DNA of 64,000 nucleotides from the NCBI GenBank assembly GCA_965197745.1, contig CBDANS010000007.1, positions 1,504,001 to 1,568,000 on the forward strand, read 5' to 3'. Shown one piece after another: positions 40,189 to 49,430 of this stretch. The DNA is from Opitutales bacterium. GTDB lineage: Bacteria > Verrucomicrobiota > Verrucomicrobiia > Opitutales > PNEW01. How positions within the stretch are numbered: position 1 is the first letter of the stretch; the number at the start of each line of letters is the position of its first letter. The notes beneath the pieces were generated by a model that did no database searches, was not told the DNA's origin, and saw only the letters and a program-made list of their open reading frames with translations. The position numbers and the translations under genes were made by a program.

Positions 40189-41439
40189 ATGCCAACTCCC
40201 GGGGACAACTTCACTGAAATTAGTGCCTATCTTGGCAGGCAAGAAGGCACGCTGATTAAATTTCTTCAAGGTCTGATACGAATGCCAACCGTAAATCCCC
40301 CCGGTGATTGCTATACAAATTGCGTAACGGTTCTTGAAAAAAAACTTCATGCCATTGGGATGAAAACCCAGGTCATTCGTGTGCCCTCGATTAAGCAGAG
40401 AAAAGTGACTCTTGACTTCATGAAGTATCCCCGGTTTAACTTGATTGGGAGATGGAATACCGGGGCCACGAAAACACTACACTTTAATGCTCATTATGAT
40501 GTGGTCCCTGTCTCTGGTAATTGGAAATATGGGCCATTTGAACCGAGGGTAAAAGACGGGTGGATTTATGGGCGGGGGTCAGCGGATATGAAAGGCGCCA
40601 TAGCCGCCTGTTGTCTTGCCATTCAAGCCATGAAGCGATGCAGGAGAATTCCAGGGGTCAATGTCGAGGTGTCCTTCACTGCGGATGAAGAAACAGGGGG
40701 CGAATTAGGAGCCGGGTATATAGTCCAGGAAAAGCTGGTAAATCCTGATTATGCGGTGGTGTGTGAGGGCGGCAGTGGAAGAACTGTCGGTTGCGGTCAT
40801 AATGGGGTTCTCTGGTTGGAGTCGATGATAACCGGGAAATCCGCGCATGCCGCGCACCCGCATAATGGAATTAATGCTTTTGAAAACATGTCAGCGCTGG
40901 TCGTAAAATTACACCGGTGGAAAAAAATCCTGCAAAAACGCAGCTTCGTCGGTCCCAATGGAAATAAAAAGCATCCCACCATTAACATAGGAGGCGTATT
41001 CGGGGTTGGTTCAGGGGCGAAAGTAAATACGGTACCTTCTCACGCGAGTTTCACTATTGATAGACGCATTATTCCCAGTGATTCATTTCGCGAATCGGAA
41101 AGAGAAATTAAAAGTGTGATCAATGAAGCCAAAAGGCAGATACCGGATCTTCGCGTGAAAACATCACGCCTTTTAGCCATTAAACCCTGTCTCGTTGATC
41201 ACGAAAGTTACTTTCCCCAAACGGTTGCCCATGCGGTCCGTTCTGTCCTTGGTGGCCGTACTCAATTTGGGGTATGTGACGGGTTTACCGATATGAACCG
41301 CTTTGTTACAGGTAAAATTCCGACCGTGGGCTATGGTCCTGGGGGTAAGAATATTCACAGTGTCGACGAGCGCGCAAAAGTGCGTGATATACTGCAAACG
41401 GCCAGGGTTTATGCAAAACTGATGCTCTCACTTAAATAG
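40189..41439 (+). CDS. M20 ArgE/DapE family deacylase
   Basis: TVNPPG, FNAHYDVVP, YGRGSADMKG, ADEETGG, GKSAHA, IHSVDE. Confidence 0.92.
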   Translation: MPTPGDNFTEISAYLGRQEGTLIKFLQGLIRMPTVNPPGDCYTNCVTVLEKKLHAIGMKTQVIRVPSIKQRKVTLDFMKYPRFNLIGRWNTGATKTLHFNAHYDVVPVSGNWKYGPFEPRVKDGWIYGRGSADMKGAIAACCLAIQAMKRCRRIPGVNVEVSFTADEETGGELGAGYIVQEKLVNPDYAVVCEGGSGRTVGCGHNGVLWLESMITGKSAHAAHPHNGINAFENMSALVVKLHRWKKILQKRSFVGPNGNKKHPTINIGGVFGVGSGAKVNTVPSHASFTIDRRIIPSDSFRESEREIKSVINEAKRQIPDLRVKTSRLLAIKPCLVDHESYFPQTVAHAVRSVLGGRTQFGVCDGFTDMNRFVTGKIPTVGYGPGGKNIHSVDERAKVRDILQTARVYAKLMLSLK

Positions 41440-41542
41440 GGTGAGGGCGACGGCTGATCGTGGCCGTAACGAATAAGTTGGGTCGGAGCAATTTACCACC
41501 GTGTGTAAGTTCAAAAAAATAGCTACAAGCTAATGCACCTCT

Positions 41543-42004
41543 TGTCATTGCGAGGAGTGATGCAACGAAGCAATCCAGGCGAATAGTCATTGTTCTTACG
41601 AATACCAATCTCGGCTCAGATCTTTCCAAAAAGGGTTCTCTTTTTCAATTAAGGCAATTTTCCTTTTTCTCGAACCGGCTTTGATTTGCTTTTCACGTAG
41701 AATCGCATTTTCAATATCGTAAAAGGATTCGTGATATACCAGTCTATGAATATCGTAATTCTTGGTGAACCCCACCTTTAATTTATTTTTATGCTCCCAT
41801 AAGCGACGTAATAAACTGCGAGTGACTCCTGTGTAAAGTGTTCCATTACGTTTATTGGTGAGGATATAAACGTAATATATTTTGCGCACATATTTATAAT
41901 CGGTTTATATGGGATATTGGTTAATTCGATATTTCTGGAATGGAAGATGTCGTCCCGCAGATGCTGAACTCGGTAGCCGCGTCACGATGCTCCTCGCAAT
42001 GACA
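41543..42004 (-). mobile_element. 462-bp GIY-YIG nuclease cassette with perfect TIRs, copy 2 (inverted)
   Basis: Same length and TIRs as copy 1, with the interior reverse-complemented. Flanked by direct repeats GACGGCTGATCGTGG at ~41449 and ~42047. Confidence 0.9.
41596..41889 (-). CDS. Small stand-alone GIY-YIG nuclease, 97 aa
   Basis: Identical to 37992-38285 except T3K. Confidence 0.92.
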   Translation of the reverse strand: MRKIYYVYILTNKRNGTLYTGVTRSLLRRLWEHKNKLKVGFTKNYDIHRLVYHESFYDIENAILREKQIKAGSRKRKIALIEKENPFWKDLSRDWYS

Positions 42005-42130
42005 AGAGTAAGCAAATGCGATCAGCTAACTTCATTACCGCGGGACGACGGCTGATCGTGGTCGTTTCTAAGTTACCTGGTCCCTAATGCCTTTTAGTGG
42101 GGTCGATTTAATAAGCTCAAGTTAATTGAA

Positions 42131-42937
42131 TCAATTTAACCCTCTATAAATATCCCTAATATAGCTTTCTGTTTTCGCCTTATGATGATTCTCGGCAGTA
42201 TTAATACCCGATTTTATTTTATTCAGAGAAATTATCATTTCATCGAAAGTTTTTTGAGCTTCAGCGATACCCGACCCCTCCTGTTCCTGAATTAATTGCC
42301 GGTAATAGGACCCCAGTTTTAACTGGGGGAGAGAAATTTCATGATATGGGGTGCCACGGACCAGTGTATTGTGATTTCTCGTTAGGGAGTTAAAAATTTG
42401 TTCTTCATCTTCTACAGCCTCAGCGGACCTGAATGCTTTGTCTATTTCCCGTTGTGCCGTATCTGAAAACTCCTGATTCTCGCTATCGTAGGCGGCGGTC
42501 ATCGTATTTCTCGCACTGCCTATATATTGGCTTAAATATTTTATTTTAGTCCTGATACTATTGAAGCTTTCATTGACATCAGTATAAATCACTTCGATCG
42601 CTTCCCCTTTTTGAAATGATTCATCAGACTTGGCTAAAGCCATCTCTATTTCGAGATCGATTCGTTTTCTCAGGTTTCTGGCCTTCCTGATAATCGTAGC
42701 AAGTATCCTTTTTTCTTCCCTAAGCTGTCGCTTGAGTTCTTCGATATTCCCATCCTTATTCTTCCTGGATTTTGATTTGCCAAGCAATAATTCAAGTATG
42801 GTGTACGAAGTTTCTGACTTTTGTAGATGAAGGTTCAAACCCTCTATAGCCTGAATCTGCATCTCCCTGGCCATATTAAGCTTAGATCGTTCACTGATAA
42901 GCGATCTGATATCATCTGGAATGGTTAAAGTATTCAT
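42131..42937 (-). CDS. Hypothetical coiled-coil protein
   Basis: 268-aa E/K/R/L-rich helical ORF with no recognised motif. Confidence 0.6.
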   Translation of the reverse strand: MNTLTIPDDIRSLISERSKLNMAREMQIQAIEGLNLHLQKSETSYTILELLLGKSKSRKNKDGNIEELKRQLREEKRILATIIRKARNLRKRIDLEIEMALAKSDESFQKGEAIEVIYTDVNESFNSIRTKIKYLSQYIGSARNTMTAAYDSENQEFSDTAQREIDKAFRSAEAVEDEEQIFNSLTRNHNTLVRGTPYHEISLPQLKLGSYYRQLIQEQEGSGIAEAQKTFDEMIISLNKIKSGINTAENHHKAKTESYIRDIYRGLN

Positions 42938-43100
42938 TAATATAAATCCCTGACCCGTTCAATAATGGTAATATTACGGCCGTCTGATACTCCAGTGAAA
43001 GTTAGTAAAGTATTTTATTTTTGTAAGTAAAAAATACTTAAAAACTACGTCAAGTTTTCTTGAATATTATATTACTAGTGCAGTCGTCAAAATGACTGAT

Positions 43101-43559
43101 TTATTCCAATTGATAGTCATAGTTCATAGCCCCTTTTTTCTGGAATCGCCCGGAGGACAAGTCTCCATCATCTAATAATTGATCAATCTGCACCATGACT
43201 TCCAGAGAGGCGTTTGGTTTTAATAACCTTAATGTAGATTGAGCTTTCTGCCACATATAGCCACTGCCCGGCCCGGCACTGGTCGTGTAATTCGCCGGCA
43301 GAAAATCTTCCATTCCCAAGGGAATTTGGTTTAATCCGGCGGTCGGGGGCCAATCCCCGAATTCTGTGTTATAAAGTTCAAAGGCATCGGTATATTTCAC
43401 AAGATTGTTCACCAAAACCGTAGAATGAGATTTTTCGTTCGATTTATTGGCTGCCGGTATTAAAAGTGCCGCCAGGATTCCCACGATTACAACCACAACC
43501 ATGATCTCCACGAGGGTGAACCCTTTTGCTCGGTAGAGAGATTTTTCCTGAGTGATCAT
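43101..43559 (-). CDS. Prepilin-type N-terminal cleavage/methylation protein
   Basis: G|FTLVEIMVVVVIVGILA; IDQLLDDGDLSSGRF; starts 36 bp after the PEP-CTERM gene. Confidence 0.9.
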   Translation of the reverse strand: MITQEKSLYRAKGFTLVEIMVVVVIVGILAALLIPAANKSNEKSHSTVLVNNLVKYTDAFELYNTEFGDWPPTAGLNQIPLGMEDFLPANYTTSAGPGSGYMWQKAQSTLRLLKPNASLEVMVQIDQLLDDGDLSSGRFQKKGAMNYDYQLE

Positions 43560-43595
43560 TGACAGGAAACTAACAGATATTAACTGAACGACAAT

Positions 43596-45214
43596 TTATA
43601 TTTTACGCCTGAAACGGTAAAATACAAGTGCGCAGCCCAGTCCCATCAGGGCCCAGGTGGAAGGTTCAGGGACGACAGCAAGGTCGAGAGAATTGAGATT
43701 GTAGACAGGCTGGAAAAATAAATTACCGGAAAAGCCAAATTCATCATCGACGGAACCAAACTGTCCTGATCGCGTCCCTGTCCAGGTGAGGACCGTAAAG
43801 GTATCACCTAATACCGGTAAACTCCCTGAGAGGATGATGTCCAGAGAACCGCTCGAGAACGACAGCTCACCGTCAATATTTAAGATACTCCAATCAACCG
43901 TATCCTCAATAGAGACTTCAAAAATACTGCCAGCCGCAAAATGGAGATCAAGATCGACATCAAGAGGGTGTAGGGTATCAGGCGCGATCGTTCCAAAGTT
44001 GCTGAAAGTGGACCCACCGGAAGGATAGACATGTCCAGCCCCTTTAAATTGACCATGGTTAATGACATCATTGGTGATCAATTCCGATTGCCCAGAGTAA
44101 TCAGTGAACATTTCTACGATCCCGTTTGTCCCAACTGTTACGGAATCAGCTGAAAGAACCCCATCGTAATGAATGCGAATCGTATTGGTCGGCCCCGTAG
44201 GGCCAATCGTCCCTACGAAGGCATTACTGGCGGTAACTAAACCCCCGGAAGATCCCCCCCATATATATCCATTATACCCTGGCCGGAAAGGCCCACCTGC
44301 AGATCACCGGCCACTCCTAGAATGGCATTGTCATACACCTCAATAGTTCCGTCACTGCCGGAATTAAAACCAACAATCAAATCACCACCGACATCAACTC
44401 CCGCCGTATCCGTATTGCCCCCTATTGTAAGATCACCGCTACCACTACCGCCCACGACAAAGCGTCCATCGATGTCAAGTTGTGTATCGCCAGTCTCGAC
44501 TGAAGCACTAACTACGATTTCACCGAAACTGCCAGAATTAACCCCAATGATTGCATCAAAACTGCTGTTGTTAACGGTCCCCGTCGCTCCATCGGTAATT
44601 TCGAGGAGACCATCACCCTGGGAGTTTATGCCTACATTCAGGTCCAGGGTAGTGAACTGGGATCCGCTTCCCTCGACAAATAATCTACCGGGGCCGTTTT
44701 TCCCGATTTCTGAAAGGTTGGAGATATTGAGTATTCCCCCTGAATCTATAGTGAGGATACTTTCTGCGCCCAGTCCCGCGCTGTTGGTCGTCAACAGGTC
44801 TACCGCATTGACCGTCCCATCCTGGATTCCCAGATCGGTATCATCATTCCCTCCCTGCGAAAGATCAAAGTCTGAAAGAATATTTAAGGTATTCAGGTTA
44901 AGATTAAAAATCAGCGTATCATCCAGTATTTTGAGAACATTAACAGTTTGAGCCGTAGTAAAACTGACCGTATAACCTGTAGAACCGATATCGAATTTCG
45001 CGGTGTCACCGGAACCTGGAGCGATTCCTCCCGTCCATTTACTGTCATCGTCGAAATTACCACTTACGTCACTGTCCCAGGCGATCACCCCAGCCCATGT
45101 TGGCAGTGGGATTATGCCTATTACTAAAAAGGCAGCTGTTGCGGTCAGGAATTTTATATTAAATTTAATACAATCCGAAATGGCTCGATATAAAAACGGC
45201 ATGAGTTGGTTCAT
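43596..45214 (-). pseudogene. PEP-CTERM surface protein with T5SS/PEP-CTERM-associated-like repeats, frameshifted at a G7 tract (44254-44260)
   Basis: C-terminus VPEPSTWALMGLGCALVFYRFRRKI. One extra G joins MDIYGG to GSSGGLVTASNAFVG...IVEMFTDY, giving 540 codons. Confidence 0.85.
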
Positions 45215-45323
45215 CAGCTTATGATAACTAGTTATTATTGATAATATTTAAGTACACGTAATCATTAATCGTTTAAATAAATACCGGCAGGTGAGTAGAT
45301 TTTTTGAAAGAGTTTTAGATATA

Positions 45324-45340
45324 AGCAAAAAGGAAGCCAA
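45324..45340 (-). promoter_or_regulatory. Sigma-54 (-24/-12) promoter upstream of the PEP-CTERM gene
   Basis: Minus strand TTGGCTTCCTTTTTGCT = GG-N10-GC, ~110 bp upstream of the ATG. PEP-CTERM genes are known sigma-54 targets. Confidence 0.65.
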
Positions 45341-45561
45341 TGGCGAGAGAAAAATAAGTAAAAATCCTACACTTATTAGAGATTAAACCCTAGATTATCC
45401 TCTGTAAGTCGTAGCCATGCTACAACCTTCATCGCAGGAGTGTGTTCACATCAGGTAATGCAATTCCAGCATGTCTTTGTTTATCGAAGAAGCTCAATCT
45501 CGATACCATGGCGAATTAAACTGACGATCTTAATCGTGTAACCCCTTAAATTAATTTCTTT

Positions 45562-45686
45562 TGGAGAGACGCGCTCCGTCGCGTCCGCATATATTCCATT
45601 CAATGCTGTACCCTAAAGCGCCTACACGGCCACGACGGAGCGTGGCCCTCCAAATTTTCCTCAATGCCAGGTGGACGCGAGGTGCC
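45562..45686. repeat. GGAG-type REP doublet plus adjacent GTGG half; inverted homolog of ~38437-38552
   Basis: ggagagacgcgctccgtcgcgtccg ... cggccacgacggagcgtggccctcc aaattttcctcaatgccaggtgg. Confidence 0.8.
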
Positions 45687-45925
45687 TGTCGGTAATAACC
45701 CAGAGGGTGAAGGGTGATCAGGTCCGCGATATCAAGTAATTGGATACAAGCGTGCTTCTACTTTTAATAATACAGTACACAATTTTATGCGATGTTTTGC
45801 ACGATTATTGATTTTAATCATTGATAACTGTAAGGATATATTATAATAATTAATTATCAGTCTACTACTGGAAGTTGCTTAATAAGCGGTACTGATTTTA
45901 AAAATTAAAATCGAAGGAAACTAAA

Positions 45926-46793
45926 ATGAACACAGGCATTGTGAGAAAAATTCCGATACTGGGTATAATACTGTCAATTGGGCTGTGCATGCTCTCAGCA
46001 TCCACTGCTTCAGCGAAACCGAAAAAACACGCATTTCAACTGCCTTCTCATGCCCTTGAAGTGGCCCCTGGATTATTTTATCTGGGCATTGCAGAGGATG
46101 TCGATTTCAGGCCCGTTCAGGGCTTTGCCATCATCCACCCAAGGAGGGGCTTTGGTCATAAACCCGGTCACGGAGGCGGGGGAAATGGCGGCGGCGGAAA
46201 TGGAGGCAATAAAGGTAATGGCGGCGGAGGCGGGTCCACTTGTTTTGCTTTCCTCGCTAACGGTGCCCGATGGAAGGCGACGGAGGATTATGCTGTGGAC
46301 CCGAGTAATGATGACAGTCTCTCAGCTGCATTCGTGACCGATAGCATTGAGGCTGCCCTGACAGCCTGGGATGATGAAGTGGGATTTGATATTTTTGGTG
46401 ATGAAATCAATGCCGTTGTTGACGGGGTAGATGAGGTAAGCCCGGACGGAACAAACGAGTTTCTCTTTGGCAATATTTCCGATCCCGGAGCTATTGCCGT
46501 GACGATTGTCTGGGGAATATTTTCAGGCCCTCCGCGGGGTCGAGAACTAGGTTGAGTGGGACATGCTTTTCGACGATGGGGACTATACATTCGGTGACGT
46601 TGATAGTGGAGATAGTAATGTTATGGATTTCCGGAATATTGTCACCCACGAATGCGGACACGCGGCGGGAATGGGTCACCCCAGCGATGACTGCACGGAA
46701 GAGACCATGTATCGTTTTGCCGACATTGATGAAATTAAGAAGATAGACCTCAACGCCGGAGACATCGCCGGTATTAAAAAACTCTACAAGTAA
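45926..46793 (+). pseudogene. Secreted matrixin (M10-like) zinc metalloprotease, +1 frameshift at 46550-46551
   Basis: Signal peptide and Gly-rich linker. Removing one G from cta-g-gtt joins PRGREL to VEWDMLFDD...HECGHAAGMGH (HExxHxxGxxH) and the ETMY Met-turn; 289 codons. Confidence 0.85.
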
Positions 46794-46917
46794 GACTGAA
46801 GGGATTTTCTGCTGCTGCGGAATTCTATCAGACTATTATAAAGTGATGCTGCGGAGGAGTAATTAATCTCAGATTTATACGCTCGCTAAGTATCAGGCAT
46901 TGTATAAATAGTGAGGG

Positions 46918-47433
46918 ATGAAACGTTTATTAACGGTCGTTATAATTATCACCTTATTGTTCTCTGTCGCGCATGCTAAAAAGGATAAAGGTAAACCGAA
47001 GGGTGATAAAGCTACCGAAAAAGCAACGGTAGTATCAGAAAAATCGAGAGAGAAAGATTCTGATCCCTGGATAAAATTTGAAATAAATACCGGGGAAAAA
47101 GAAATCACCGAAAAATATATTCTACAAAATCAGTCTAAAGGATCAAAAGGTGGAAAAAAAAATAAAAAGAAAGCACTGCCGCCCGGATTAGCAAAAAAGG
47201 TGAGCCGGGGCGGTGATTTACCTCCAGGTTGGCAAATGAAAATTGCCCGTGGCGAAGTGTTATCAGGCGCTGTTTATAAAGAAGCACAATCGCTTCCAAG
47301 TGATCTTATAAGGATACTTCCACCCTCGCCAAAGAGAACTGAATTAATAACGATTGATGGGAAGATTATTCGATTACTCGGCGCGACAAGAGAGATACTC
47401 GACGTCTTCGATCTCGATCCGCTGGTAAATTAA
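46918..47433 (+). CDS. Secreted hypothetical protein with LPPGLAKK/LPPGW motif (RcnB-like)
   Basis: Signal peptide, Lys-rich segment, LPPGLAKKVSRGGDLPPGWQMKI, TREILDVF. Confidence 0.7.
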   Translation: MKRLLTVVIIITLLFSVAHAKKDKGKPKGDKATEKATVVSEKSREKDSDPWIKFEINTGEKEITEKYILQNQSKGSKGGKKNKKKALPPGLAKKVSRGGDLPPGWQMKIARGEVLSGAVYKEAQSLPSDLIRILPPSPKRTELITIDGKIIRLLGATREILDVFDLDPLVN

Positions 47434-47567
47434 TCTTACGGTCAAAATCGCGTAGCGTCAGGTTAAGATAATTGTAGTTCGTTGTTTTACGATGTATAAA
47501 TTTTCGTCTCCTGTCTATAACGACGCGAACTATTGTAATTAAATATGATAACATAGGCGTAATTGTT

Positions 47568-48020
47568 CTATTTAAAAGAGAGAACATAATTTTTAGAACC
47601 TTGCTTTTGAAATTGTCCCGTATTCAAGTCGCCATCATCGATTTTTTCATCGAGTTCGATCATGGTCTCCTCAGTCGCTTCAGTATTCTGTATTATTAGC
47701 TTTGCCGCACCTGTCCAAATTAAATCACCACCGAAGGGACCGCCCTGGGTGTAACCGTTAGGCAGATAACCCTGCATGCCGGCTGGGATCTTATTCTTTC
47801 CCGCGCCCGATGGCCATGTCCCATTATAAAAATAATACTGATTAAAGGCGTCGGAGTACTCCATTACATCGTTGAGCAACTCAATTCTCTGCGTACTTAG
47901 GGTTACTTTTCTGAAAATCGGTAAAGCCATCGAGGCGAGCAGTGCGATGATTGCAACGACAATCATAATCTCGAGTAAGGTGAACCCTCGCCCACTGTAC
48001 ATACGCGTGCGCATGGGCAT
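47568..48020 (-). CDS. Prepilin-type N-terminal cleavage/methylation protein
   Basis: G|FTLLEIMIVVAIIALLA; LDEKIDDGDLNTGQF. The start could be ATG 48014. Confidence 0.9.
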   Translation of the reverse strand: MPMRTRMYSGRGFTLLEIMIVVAIIALLASMALPIFRKVTLSTQRIELLNDVMEYSDAFNQYYFYNGTWPSGAGKNKIPAGMQGYLPNGYTQGGPFGGDLIWTGAAKLIIQNTEATEETMIELDEKIDDGDLNTGQFQKQGSKNYVLSFK

Positions 48021-48067
48021 ATTATAGAGTAAAACCCCTATATAAGTAGAGTAAAATACTCTATAAT
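48021..48067 (-). promoter_or_regulatory. Tandem palindromic boxes (TAGAGTAAAACCCCTA, TAGAGTAAAATACTCTA) overlapping a TATAAT
   Basis: Boxes start at 48025 and 48047 (22-bp period). The outer 11-bp inverted repeat is attatagagta/tactctataat; minus-strand TATAAT at 48021-48026. Confidence 0.55.
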
Positions 48068-48223
48068 TACTATTATTTACCTTTTCTTTACAAAAATATT
48101 ACTGAAAGAGCTAATTCATCTATTATTATCAAAATTAATGACGAAAATGAACTGAACTATTCCCGATGATTCACTGCGCTGTTCGAATATTGTGGACAGC
48201 GAAAATAAATAATACCTGGAACT

Positions 48224-49384
48224 CTACCAGTTGGTAAATGAACCGTCGCGCCGATAAATATGTGGCCCTTCCCAAAATTTAAAGGACTCTTTGGTGGCCG
48301 ATTCTTCATCAACTTCTATCCCCAACCCCGGTCCCTCAGGCACCGGGAAACGGCTGCCTTCTAATTCAGGTTGTAGCGGGAAGATATCTTTATCCGAGAA
48401 TCCGAGATTCTCAGTGGGTGAGGTTCGGACCTCCAGCCAGGCGAAGTTGGGCACAGCCGCTGCGAGGTGAATTGTCGCTGCGGTGCAGATGGGACCCAGG
48501 GGATTGTGCGGCATCAGTTCGATATAATGCGTTTCCGCCATACTTGCCACTTTTACTGCTTCGGTGAAGCCACCGACATTGCAGATATCAATACGCGCAA
48601 AATTCGTAATACCGCGTTCGATGTAGGGAAGAAAATGCCATTTGCTCGATATCTCTTCACCAATAGCAAAGGGGACATCGGTCATCGTTCGGAGCGATTC
48701 ATAGGCCTCTGGAGTCTCGTCGCGTATGGGTTCTTCCAGAAAATCAAGAGTGCCCGATGGCATACGTTGACAAAAGGAAGCAGCTTCAGCGACATTCAAA
48801 CGGTGATGGTAATCGATACCGAGAATCGGTTCATTGCCGACAGACTCTCGCAGTTTGGTTAACCAGGTTGCGGTAGTTGCGATTGATTCCCGCGGTTCAT
48901 AAATGTTTTTATCTTCGTCTGAACCTGGCCAATCGGGCGTCGTCCGGATAACGTTCCACCCATTATTAATCAATAATTTCACATCATCCAGCAACTGGGG
49001 CCCCATCGGTGCCGGTGTCGTAGCAAAGCAGGGGACGAAATCCCTTTGTTTCCCGCCGAGGAGCTGATAGACAGGGACATTGAGAGCTTTACCTGCAATA
49101 TCATAAAGGGCGATGTCGATTGCTGAGATAGCCGCGGTGAGAACACGTCCCCCCTCAAAGTATTGGCCGCGGTACATTTCCTGCCACAGCGCCCCCATCT
49201 GCATGGGATCTCGACCGATGAGGAATTCCCGGTAATGCTTTACTGCACCATCGACTGCCAGTTCACGACCGGAAATTCCTGATTCTCCCCAACCGTAGAT
49301 ACCCTCATCTGTTTCAACCTTTACCGCCATCTGATTGCGTCGGCCTACCCAGACGGGAAAAGTTTTTATATCGGTTATTTTCAA
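48224..49384 (-). CDS. Mandelate racemase/muconate lactonizing family dehydratase (galactonate dehydratase-like), copy B
   Basis: KVETDEGIYGWGE, AISAIDIALYDI.GK, DYHHR, FLEEP, IGEE, PHNPLGP; TTG start. Confidence 0.92.
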   Translation of the reverse strand: MKITDIKTFPVWVGRRNQMAVKVETDEGIYGWGESGISGRELAVDGAVKHYREFLIGRDPMQMGALWQEMYRGQYFEGGRVLTAAISAIDIALYDIAGKALNVPVYQLLGGKQRDFVPCFATTPAPMGPQLLDDVKLLINNGWNVIRTTPDWPGSDEDKNIYEPRESIATTATWLTKLRESVGNEPILGIDYHHRLNVAEAASFCQRMPSGTLDFLEEPIRDETPEAYESLRTMTDVPFAIGEEISSKWHFLPYIERGITNFARIDICNVGGFTEAVKVASMAETHYIELMPHNPLGPICTAATIHLAAAVPNFAWLEVRTSPTENLGFSDKDIFPLQPELEGSRFPVPEGPGLGIEVDEESATKESFKFWEGPHIYRRDGSFTNW

Positions 49385-49430
49385 AGGGTGCTTTATAAAT
49401 TACAGCGATAATGAATAATTACCTGGAACC

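Noticed and set aside
38339..41542. Composite transposon carrying PhyH-pilin-M20 between the two inverted cassettes
   Set aside because: No transposase and no target-site duplication at the outer ends; the flank homology instead indicates two separate equivalent sites.
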